Shown here one piece after another: positions 56,593 through 64,000 of a stretch of 64,000 bases of DNA (within the stretch, counting starts at the first letter, position 1; every line of letters starts with the position of its first letter). This DNA is from Pararhizobium sp. (GTDB lineage Bacteria > Pseudomonadota > Alphaproteobacteria > Rhizobiales > Rhizobiaceae). The DNA is taken from NCBI RefSeq assembly GCF_030655075.1, contig NZ_JAURWE010000061.1. One strand, written 5' to 3'. The position numbers and the translations under genes were made by a program. The notes under the pieces were generated by a model. It was given only the letters and a program-made list of their open reading frames with translations, made no database searches and was not told where the DNA came from.

Positions 56593-56840
56593 CTGATATC
56601 CTGCTGCGCCGGAAAAATTGGCGCCTGATAGGTGTCGAGCCGGAAATGCCCGGTTTTGATCGTCGGCGGGCAGGGGGCCGGCCGGCATGGAAGGGTATGG
56701 TCGTTTTGACGGCCAATCCCGGCGTGTCGCACCAAAGGCGATATCACTGGATTGCTGGCATACTGTGACAGGGCCGGCATGCACACGGACCCGTAATGGC
56801 TCGGGACCGTTGTGCTGAGGGCAGGAAATGCGGGAATCAA

Positions 56841-56863
56841 AAAAGGCGGGAGACCGCCTTTTC
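56841..56863 (-). terminator. terminator downstream of grxD
   Basis: AAAAGGCGG-GAGA-CCGCCTTTT, symmetric with A/T runs on both sides. Confidence 0.8.
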
Positions 56864-56887
56864 TAGGAAATGTGTCGGACCCAGGGA

Positions 56888-57223
56888 TCAGGAAGCAGCC
56901 TTGACGGCGATGCCCTGTTCTTCCATGTGCGACTGCAGTTCGCCAGCCTGGAACATCTCGCGGATAATGTCGCAGCCGCCGACAAACTCGCCCTTGACGT
57001 AGAGCTGCGGAATGGTCGGCCAGTTGGAATAATCCTTGATGCCTTGACGGATGTCCGCATCGGCCAGAACATTGATCGCCTTGTAATCGACGCCGACATA
57101 GTCGAGAATCTGCACGACCTGGCCGGAGAAGCCACACTGGGGAAACTGCGGTGTGCCCTTCATGAAAAGCACGACGTCGTTGGTTTTTACTTCATTGTCG
57201 ATGAAGTCGTTGATGCCGCTCAT
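56888..57223 (-). CDS. grxD: monothiol glutaredoxin (Grx4 family)
   Basis: [24 protein letters not shown]...[19 protein letters not shown] carries the CGFS active site. Confidence 0.93.
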   Translation of the reverse strand: MSGINDFIDNEVKTNDVVLFMKGTPQFPQCGFSGQVVQILDYVGVDYKAINVLADADIRQGIKDYSNWPTIPQLYVKGEFVGGCDIIREMFQAGELQSHMEEQGIAVKAAS

Positions 57224-57344
57224 GCGCTTGTCCTTTCACATCCGGGTTCAAGGCCCGATGTTGCGTTCACTGTTGAGTCCTTAAATAGCATGTCAAAACA
57301 GGATTTCCATAACGGAATGTCGCCCCTGTATCGATTGACGGCGA

Positions 57345-57578
57345 TCAGGTGCGGCTGCGTTTCGCCTTGGCCCGTGACGCTGCAGTGCGCCGGCGGCTGA
57401 CCTGTTTCTTGGCGGCAGGCTTGGTCCGGGTTGTCCTTGTCCGCTTGAACTGGCCAGTTGCGGTTCGCGTCTGCCGCTTCTTGCGTTTCGTCGCCGTGCG
57501 GGCACCAGTCTTCTTCAGAATTTCCTTGAGAACGTTTTCGACAACGCCGCTCACCAGTTCCTTGATCAGATCAACCAT
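57345..57578 (-). CDS. small, highly basic hypothetical protein
   Basis: 77 aa with a short hydrophobic/helical N-terminus and a Lys/Arg/Thr-rich tail. The codon pattern looks coding. Weak SD. No family recognised. Confidence 0.4.
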   Translation of the reverse strand: MVDLIKELVSGVVENVLKEILKKTGARTATKRKKRQTRTATGQFKRTRTTRTKPAAKKQVSRRRTAASRAKAKRSRT

Positions 57579-57799
57579 TGCAAGACCTTTGAAAGACGGG
57601 AGAAATTTAGCCCTATTGCATGGAAAATCGGCGCGCTTGCTTTCATTTCGCTCGTAGGTGAGTTAGCAAAGAGCTCCTTGAAATGCGAGATAATTTTCCC
57701 GCAAGACGGCGCCCGCCAGGCGTTTCCGTCTTGTTTGCAGGCGAATCAGCCGCCGGGGAAATGGCTGAAGACGCGACAATCCAGAACGGTAATTGCTCA

Positions 57800-58987
57800 A
57801 TGCCTTATGTCAGAAAAAGGGTGGTGGTGCACTTCCCGGGCTTCGAACCGCTGGATGCGCTGGCCCATCGCAGCCGCTACGAGCGCTCCGCCGACCAGAG
57901 TGCGGCAGCCTGGGATCACGCAATCGTGACCGGTCCGCTCGAAGGCGACCGGCAATCTCCGTCCTTTCTTGTCGAGGCAACAGGGCCCGACTGGCACACC
58001 AAGACACGCGTTCACATCCTCGACCACAACGATCTGATCGCCGGCCTTCACAGCAAACCGCTGATCCAGCGCATCCTCGATGGCTATATCAGTGCAGCGC
58101 ATGTCATCGTTCAGGGCGGGCTTCAGGGCTACTTTCGCCACGCCTGGCGCTTCGGTCTGTTCTTCCTGTTTCCCTTCCTGCTGGTGGCGATCGGCCTCGA
58201 GCTGGCGGTGACGCTGGCCGGTCTGCCGGTATTTTTCGGCCTCTCGGCTTTGCTTCTCATCCTCACCATTCCAGCCGGACTCCTGTTCTTCATCAGGATC
58301 TTCCTGCCGGCTGCAGAGCGGCTGTACACGCTGCATCTCTTCTCCGACTGGGAGCTTGCCCTGTCGCTGGCCAGGCTCGACAACGCCGACGCCAACCGCA
58401 GGCTGGACGTCTGTCTTGCGGCTTTTCGTGTGGCGCTGAGCGAGCCCGCCGACGAATATGTCATCACCTCGCACAGCATGGGCTCGTCGATGGCCGTGCA
58501 TGTCACCGGAATGCTGCTCAGCGACGAGCCTGAGTTTTTTGCGGGCAAAACCGTGGTTTTCGCCACGCTCGGCAGCGGTCTGCTGCAATGCGCGCTGCTG
58601 GGCTCGGCGCGCATCCTGCGTCAGCGCACAGGCCTCATCGCCCGCTGCAAGGAAATCTTCTGGATGGATGTGCAGTGCCTGACGGATTCGATCCACTTCT
58701 ACAAATCGAAGCCGGTCAGTGCGGCAGGCCACGCCGATGCGCCGCAGGCGACCGTGACCCGCATCCGCTTCAAATATATGTTGACGCCCCAGCGCTACCG
58801 CCGCATCCGGCGCGATTTTCTGCGCGTGCACCGCCAGTATGTGCTCGGCTCCGACCGGCGCTCGGCCTTCGATTTCTCGCTGATGACGTCAGGGCCCTTG
58901 CCGGCGCGGGACTTCGCCGGTTTTTCGCAGGAAAATCTGCCGCCGTTTCAGGCGGATGGCGCGATCGGCAGTCCAGCCAGCGCCTGA
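57800..58987 (+). CDS. membrane-associated hypothetical protein with a lipase-like GxSxG motif
   Basis: Start chosen at MPYVRKRVVVHFPGFEPLD. Two or three TM segments (FGLFFLFPFLLVAIGLELAV..., LLILTIPAGLLFFIRIFL). ITSHSMGSSMAV. Confidence 0.5.
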   Translation: MPYVRKRVVVHFPGFEPLDALAHRSRYERSADQSAAAWDHAIVTGPLEGDRQSPSFLVEATGPDWHTKTRVHILDHNDLIAGLHSKPLIQRILDGYISAAHVIVQGGLQGYFRHAWRFGLFFLFPFLLVAIGLELAVTLAGLPVFFGLSALLLILTIPAGLLFFIRIFLPAAERLYTLHLFSDWELALSLARLDNADANRRLDVCLAAFRVALSEPADEYVITSHSMGSSMAVHVTGMLLSDEPEFFAGKTVVFATLGSGLLQCALLGSARILRQRTGLIARCKEIFWMDVQCLTDSIHFYKSKPVSAAGHADAPQATVTRIRFKYMLTPQRYRRIRRDFLRVHRQYVLGSDRRSAFDFSLMTSGPLPARDFAGFSQENLPPFQADGAIGSPASA

Positions 58988-59005
58988 GACGCTGGCGGGT
59001 AACAC

Positions 59006-59239
59006 TTATTCCGGTGCGCTGGTCTGCAGGGCCAGCGCGTGCAGCACGCCGCCCATGTTGCCCTTTAGGGCATTGTAGACCATCTGGTGCTGCTGCACCC
59101 GGCTCTTGCCGCGAAACGCCTCGGCCACGACCTCGGCGGCATAGTGATCACCATCGCCTGCCAGATCGCGGATCGTCACCTTGGCGCCGGGAATGCCGGA
59201 TTTGATCATGTCTTCGATATCGCCGGGTGCCATGGGCAT
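59006..59239 (-). CDS. BolA/IbaG-family protein
   Basis: 77 aa. DLAGDGDHYAAEVVAEAFRGKSRVQQHQMVYNAL...LHALALQT. Confidence 0.85.
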   Translation of the reverse strand: MPMAPGDIEDMIKSGIPGAKVTIRDLAGDGDHYAAEVVAEAFRGKSRVQQHQMVYNALKGNMGGVLHALALQTSAPE

Positions 59240-59259
59240 AGGGGGTACTCCTGAATGTC

Positions 59260-61497
59260 TTATTCGGCGGCCGCGAGAGCCTTGCCGCCGTCCATGAAGT
59301 CAGGGAACCATGATTCATGGGCCAAGCGCAATTCCCGAATTGTCAGTGGACGGGCATTGCCCAGCGCCACGACCTGATCGCCGGTGTTGCCGATCCACGG
59401 GCAGAAGACGCCGGCGGCTTCGGCTCGCGCCATGATGGCATCGGTGGCTTCCGGATCGACCGTGACGACGTAGCGGGCCTGATCTTCGCCGAAGAAGACG
59501 CGGATCGGATCGGCGCCCTCGGGCTGGTTGACCGTAGCGCCGATATCCGACGCCATGGCCATTTCGGCCAGCGCCAGCGCCAGTCCGCCCGACGAGCAGT
59601 CATGCACGGCGGTGGCAATCCCGTCTTCGATCAGGCGGCGAACGAAATCCCCGACGCGGCGCTCATAAGCGAGGTCGACCGGCGGCGGCGGGCCGTCTGT
59701 GCGGCCGTGAATGTCGCGCATATAGACCGACTGGGCTATATGCGTGCCCCAGCTGGACGGAGCGCCGGCGAGGAAAATCGCCTCGCCATCGGCGGCAAAG
59801 CGGATGCGCGCCATTTTCGACCAGTTCTTCAACAGGCCGACGCCACCGATCGTCGGGGTCGGCAGGATGCCCTGGCCGTTGGTTTCGTTGTAGAGCGAGA
59901 CATTGCCCGAGACGATCGGGAAGTCGAGCGCCAGGCAGGCTTCGCCGATGCCCTTGATGGCATGCACCAGCTGGCTCATGATCTCAGGCCGTTCCGGATT
60001 GCCGAAATTGAGATTGTCGGTGGCGGCCAGAGGCAGGGCGCCCGTGGCGGTAATGTTGCGCCAGCATTCGGCCACGGCCTGCTTGCCGCCCTCGAACGCA
60101 TCGGCCTCGACATACCGCGGTGTCACGTCTGAGGAAAAGGCCAGCGCCTTCGTTGGGTGGCCCTCGACGCGCACGACACCGGCGTCGCCGCCCGGAAGCT
60201 GCAGCGAATTGCCCTGGATCAGCGTGTCATATTGCTCGTAGACCCAGCGGCGCGACGAATTGTTGGCGGAGTTCAAAAGCTTGAGCAGACTGCCGGCGAC
60301 ATCGGCCTGCGGCACGTCGTCTTCGGCCAGAGCAGCAACGGTCTTCGCCGGTGTCCATGGGCGGTCATATTCCGGCGCTTCGTCGCCCAGTTCCTTGATC
60401 GGCAGATTGGCGACTTCCTCGCCCTGATGGATGACGCGGAAACGCAGGTCGTCGGTGGTCTTGCCGACGATGGCGAAGTCGAGGCCCCACTTGACGAAGA
60501 TCGCCTTGGCGACCTCTTCCTTGGATGGTTCCAGCACCATGAGCATGCGCTCCTGGCTTTCCGACAGCATCATTTCATAGGCCGTCATGCGCTCTTCGCG
60601 CACGGGGACCTGATCGAGCAGCAGCTCGATGCCGAGGCCGCCCTTGGCACCCATCTCGACGGCCGAGCAGGTAAGGCCGGCAGCACCCATGTCCTGAATG
60701 GCGATGACCGCGCCGGTCTTCATCAGTTCCAGGCAGGCTTCCAGCAGGCACTTTTCGGTGAAGGGGTCGCCGACCTGCACGGTCGGGCGTTTTTCCTCGA
60801 TCGATTCGTCGAACTCCGCCGAGGCCATGGTGGCGCCGCCGACACCGTCACGGCCGGTCTTTGCGCCGAGATAGACGACCGGCAGGCCGACGCCCTTGGC
60901 TTCCGACAGGAAGATCGCATCCGACTTGGCCAGGCCGGCAGCAAAGGCATTGACCAGAATATTGCCATTGTAGCGCGCGTCGAATTCGACCTCGCCGCCG
61001 ACCGTCGGCACGCCGAAGGAATTGCCATAGCCGCCGACACCGGCGACAACGCCGGAGACGAGGTGGCGGGTCTTCGGATGATCGGGAGAGCCGAAACGCA
61101 GCGCGTTCATCGCCGCGATCGGCCGGGCGCCCATGGTGAAGACATCGCGCAGAATGCCGCCAACGCCGGTGGCAGCCCCCTGATAGGGCTCGATATAGGA
61201 CGGATGGTTGTGGCTCTCCATCTTGAAGACGACGACGTCGCCGTCATCAATGTCAACGACACCGGCATTTTCGCCCGGACCCTGGATGACGCGCGGACCG
61301 GTCGTCGGCAGCGTCTTCAGCCATTTCTTCGAGGATTTGTAGGAGCAGTGCTCGTTCCACATGGCCGAGAAGATGCCAAGCTCGGTAAAACTCGGCTCGC
61401 GCCCGATCAGGCCGAGAATGCGCTGGTATTCATCCGGCTTCAGGCCGTGGGCAGCAATGAGGGCGGGTGTGATGGGGGTCGAGTTGGAAATCGTCAT
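59260..61497 (-). CDS. purL: phosphoribosylformylglycinamidine synthase subunit PurL
   Basis: 745 aa. [14 protein letters not shown]...ESHNHPS...[11 protein letters not shown]. Confidence 0.95.
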   Translation of the reverse strand: MTISNSTPITPALIAAHGLKPDEYQRILGLIGREPSFTELGIFSAMWNEHCSYKSSKKWLKTLPTTGPRVIQGPGENAGVVDIDDGDVVVFKMESHNHPSYIEPYQGAATGVGGILRDVFTMGARPIAAMNALRFGSPDHPKTRHLVSGVVAGVGGYGNSFGVPTVGGEVEFDARYNGNILVNAFAAGLAKSDAIFLSEAKGVGLPVVYLGAKTGRDGVGGATMASAEFDESIEEKRPTVQVGDPFTEKCLLEACLELMKTGAVIAIQDMGAAGLTCSAVEMGAKGGLGIELLLDQVPVREERMTAYEMMLSESQERMLMVLEPSKEEVAKAIFVKWGLDFAIVGKTTDDLRFRVIHQGEEVANLPIKELGDEAPEYDRPWTPAKTVAALAEDDVPQADVAGSLLKLLNSANNSSRRWVYEQYDTLIQGNSLQLPGGDAGVVRVEGHPTKALAFSSDVTPRYVEADAFEGGKQAVAECWRNITATGALPLAATDNLNFGNPERPEIMSQLVHAIKGIGEACLALDFPIVSGNVSLYNETNGQGILPTPTIGGVGLLKNWSKMARIRFAADGEAIFLAGAPSSWGTHIAQSVYMRDIHGRTDGPPPPVDLAYERRVGDFVRRLIEDGIATAVHDCSSGGLALALAEMAMASDIGATVNQPEGADPIRVFFGEDQARYVVTVDPEATDAIMARAEAAGVFCPWIGNTGDQVVALGNARPLTIRELRLAHESWFPDFMDGGKALAAAE

Positions 61498-61624
61498 CGT
61501 GTGCCGTCAAATCCGTTTGGGAGAGCGTTGCGGTTTCTTTACCGCAAGCCGCCAGCCGGTGCGACAGGAAAATGAGAGAGACCACAGGCGAGGGGCTTGC
61601 AGTTCCCGATTTTAGCGGCTGGAT

Positions 61625-63046
61625 TCACGCATAGCTGTCATAGCTCGACCGGCCGTTGTCGAGCAGCCGCCGCAGCTTCAACAGGCCGAGGCGGACATCG
61701 TCGCGCGCCGGCGGGGCCGAAAGGCCGATGCGGGCGCGGTGAAAGACCTTGTCAGGCCGGCCGGCCTTGAATTCGTCCTCGTCATCGACGAGCACGCCCT
61801 CATCAAGTGCAGCGTTGCGGAAGGTGCCCGAGAGCCAGGGTTCCGGCAGTTTCAGCCAGAGGAACGGAATGTTCGGATGCGTGTTGAAGTCGAGGCCGGA
61901 GAGAATGTCCCTCGCCAGTTGCTGGCGGGCATTGATTTCGGCGACGCATTTCTTGCGGATCTCGGCGGCTTGGCCGGACAGAACCAGCCGCGAGCACAAT
62001 TCGGCCAGAACGAAGGGAATGCCGCCCGTCACCATCTTGTGGGCGATGCGCACACGCTGGCTGTAGTGCGGCGGGCAGGCGACCCAGCCGCCGCGCACCC
62101 CGGCAGCCACGGACTTCGACAGGCCGCCGACCAGAAATGTGCGCTCCGGGGCGAGTTCAGCCAGGAGCGGCAGATCTTCCGATGTCATCGAACCATAGAG
62201 ATTGTCCTCGATCAGCCAGACGGAATGGGCGCGCGCAATGGCGACGATGGCCTTGCGCCGCTCCAGCGACAGCGTCACGACCGTCGGGTTCTGCGCCGTC
62301 GGCATCAGGAAGGCCATCTTTGGGTGCTGCTGGGCGCAAACCCGCTCGAAATCCTCCGGCAGCATGCCGTGTTCGTCGGATTCGACCAGCGCATTGCGGC
62401 GGCCGATGAGTGCTGCGCTGCGGCTGATCTGCGAATAGGTGAGGTTCTCGAAGGCGATCTTGTCGCCGGGCGCCGTTGCTGCCGAGATCACCGCCATGAC
62501 GCCCGCATGGGCGCCGAGCGTGGCGACGATGTTTTCAGCCCGGGGTGACCAGTCGCCGCGCGACAGCCATTGCCGGCCGGCATCGAACCAGTGCTGCGGG
62601 AAGTTGCGTGTGTAGCTCGCAACCTCGGACGGGTGATCCTGGCTGATGTCCGAAAACAGCTGGCCGAGAACGAGACCCTGGCCGACATCCGGCGCCGAGG
62701 TGCTGTCGAAGCGCGTCTTGCCCAAGGGCGCATTGACGGGGCGGGTGCCGGTCAGGCTGACGCTGACCGGGTCAAGCCCGGCAGCATCCGGTGCAGTCTC
62801 GGAGCGGTCGAGCACATAGGTGCCGCGCCCGACCTCGCCGCTGACCAGGCCCCGTTCGCGGATCAGCGAATAGGCGCGCCCGATCGTTCCGATGGTGACG
62901 CCGAGATCATAAGCGAGGTTGCGCTGCGGCGGCAGCTTGGCGCCAGCCGGCAGCTCACCCTCGACGATCGCGCCCTCGATCTGGTCGGCGATGCGGCTAT
63001 AGAGCGGACCGGAGCCCGATGTCAGGGTTGGCATCCAATTTGTCAT
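61625..63046 (-). CDS. MocR-type regulator (GntR wHTH fused to an aminotransferase class I/II-like domain)
   Basis: N-terminal LPPQRNLAYDLGVTIGTIGRAYSLIRERGLV (GntR HTH), followed by an AAT-fold domain of about 350 aa (GGLSKSVAAGVRGGW). Confidence 0.85.
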   Translation of the reverse strand: MTNWMPTLTSGSGPLYSRIADQIEGAIVEGELPAGAKLPPQRNLAYDLGVTIGTIGRAYSLIRERGLVSGEVGRGTYVLDRSETAPDAAGLDPVSVSLTGTRPVNAPLGKTRFDSTSAPDVGQGLVLGQLFSDISQDHPSEVASYTRNFPQHWFDAGRQWLSRGDWSPRAENIVATLGAHAGVMAVISAATAPGDKIAFENLTYSQISRSAALIGRRNALVESDEHGMLPEDFERVCAQQHPKMAFLMPTAQNPTVVTLSLERRKAIVAIARAHSVWLIEDNLYGSMTSEDLPLLAELAPERTFLVGGLSKSVAAGVRGGWVACPPHYSQRVRIAHKMVTGGIPFVLAELCSRLVLSGQAAEIRKKCVAEINARQQLARDILSGLDFNTHPNIPFLWLKLPEPWLSGTFRNAALDEGVLVDDEDEFKAGRPDKVFHRARIGLSAPPARDDVRLGLLKLRRLLDNGRSSYDSYA

Positions 63047-63124
63047 GGTAACAATTGACTATATTGTGCCCCTAGTTTTGTCAAGATACATGGATTGTAT
63101 CGCTGAAATGCCCCGTTCGAAAGA

Positions 63125-63373
63125 TTGGAAAAAGCAATGGGTACAATCGATACAATGTCCGCAATCGCGAGATCTGCCGCCTGTGATCCTGCTGAACCAC
63201 CGCGTTTGCGGCCCGGTTTCTGGCTCGTTCGTCTCTGGTATTGGTTCGATGGGCGGACCGACAAGGCCCGCAGTCGCTATGCGCTGTCGGAACTGACGGA
63301 TGATCAACTGCGTGACATTGGCGTCAGCCGCCGGGATGCGCAGCGCGAAGCGACGCAATCCTTCTGGAATTGA
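63125..63373 (+). CDS. DUF1127-domain small protein
   Basis: C-terminal LSELTDDQLRDIGVSRRDAQREA is the typical DUF1127 signature. Divergent from the MocR gene. An alternative start lies at 63137. Confidence 0.75.
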   Translation: MEKAMGTIDTMSAIARSAACDPAEPPRLRPGFWLVRLWYWFDGRTDKARSRYALSELTDDQLRDIGVSRRDAQREATQSFWN

Positions 63374-63411
63374 AGGCCTTCTGGAATTGAAGGCCCTTCT
63401 GGAATTGAGGG
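63360..63411. repeat. three tandem copies of a 17-18-bp unit spanning the DUF1127 stop codon
   Basis: CCTTCTGGAATTGAAGG (63360-63376), the identical unit at 63377-63393, and CCCTTCTGGAATTGAGGG (63394-63411). Confidence 0.9.
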
Positions 63412-63420
63412 CAGCAGGCG

Positions 63421-63783
63421 TCAGAGAATATCGAGCGCCTGCTCTTTCGGAAGACAGAGGCGAATGCCCTTTTCCGTGACCAGAATGGGCCCCCTGATCA
63501 GGGCGGGGTTCATAGAAAGCAGCGAGAGAAGCTCGTGGTCGCCCAGAGCCGGATCGGCGAGCGCGGGATTAGCGAGTGGCACAAGATCGTCAACGGCGGC
63601 GCTGCTAAGGATGTCGCGCGGTGTCATCTGCAGGCCGACCAGCAGCGCCACGAGCTGCGCCCGAGACGGCGCTTCGGCAACAAGGTCAACGATTACAGGC
63701 TCGTATCCGTGCTGGTCCAGAAGCATCAGAAGATCCGGTGAAATCTTGCAGTCAGGCTGTTGATAGACAGTCGCCTTCATCAA
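63421..63783 (-). CDS. ArsC/Spx-family (glutaredoxin-fold) protein
   Basis: 120 aa. ATVYQQPDCKIS (N-terminal Cys context) and LIRGPILV near the C-terminus are typical of the ArsC family. Assignment is tentative. Confidence 0.55.
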   Translation of the reverse strand: MMKATVYQQPDCKISPDLLMLLDQHGYEPVIVDLVAEAPSRAQLVALLVGLQMTPRDILSSAAVDDLVPLANPALADPALGDHELLSLLSMNPALIRGPILVTEKGIRLCLPKEQALDIL

Positions 63784-64000
63784 TACTGGTCCTCATGATT
63801 CTTCTGGTAAAATCAGCTCGGTATTTTTGGGTAGCATGCGGTCGCAGCGAAGCGCTGTGGCAGACGTCCCAATCTCCTAGATAAGCTGTGTGACGGCTCC
63901 AAGAACGCTTGTCCCCGACGGGCTGGCGGGCCTGCGGGGACGGGGCCACGACGGCTGGGCCAGTGTCGGCCAAACCGCCTGGAAAGAAAAGCGGCGAAAA

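Noticed and set aside
61498-61624. A possible ZTP (pfl) riboswitch in the purL leader.
   Set aside because: I could not find the conserved GACTGGCG...CCGCCTGGGC-type elements of the ZTP motif. Only a generic hairpin (GCGGTTTCTTTACCGC) is present.
63752-63973. A 73-aa minus-strand ORF at the window edge.
   Set aside because: It has no SD and no recognisable motif, overlaps the ArsC-family gene start region, and has junk-like composition. There is insufficient evidence.

Overview
High-GC (about 60-65% in sampled stretches) chromosomal segment whose proteins and gene order look like a Rhizobiaceae (Agrobacterium/Rhizobium-type) alphaproteobacterium. Most of the window is core housekeeping: valS 3' end, exoR, xthA, dgt-like, argS, hisI, folE, yidD, thrS, parE, tpiA-secG-pyrG, ttcA, grxD, bolA-family and purL. 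There is also a LacI-controlled GH29 fucosidase plus sugar ABC-transporter locus, a GH32 fructosidase, tandem MFS exporters, and a secreted caspase/Sel1/PG-binding protein. I saw no rRNA, tRNA, CRISPR array, integrase or transposase. Three things stand out. (1) The stretch between a hypothetical gene and thrS (about 15.66-18.9 kb) is a patchwork of about 600 bp of non-coding DNA, palindromic repeat elements, a 5'-truncated AraC/GyrI-like gene and a decayed MazE-type antitoxin. It also holds a sharply AT-rich, translationally coupled two-gene cassette (17373-18625) encoding a wHTH-like protein and a HEPN-like (Rx6H) plus wHTH fusion that I cannot assign to any named family; this is my best candidate for an undescribed toxin or defence module. 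(2) A second AT-rich islet (34621-35076) carries an orphan HEPN-like gene with an RNRLKH motif. (3) A tightly coupled five-gene operon (40940-46720) combines a HAD-UbiA phosphoribosyltransferase, a DprE1-like FAD oxidase, an ArnE-like small membrane protein, an extended SDR and a class-III aminotransferase, which suggests a polyprenyl-phosphate pentose or aminopentose donor pathway. Two families of structured intergenic repeats recur; one forms perfect 47-bp inverted pairs with compensatory stem changes between copies. All functional calls come from reading motifs in the supplied translations. No database search was run.
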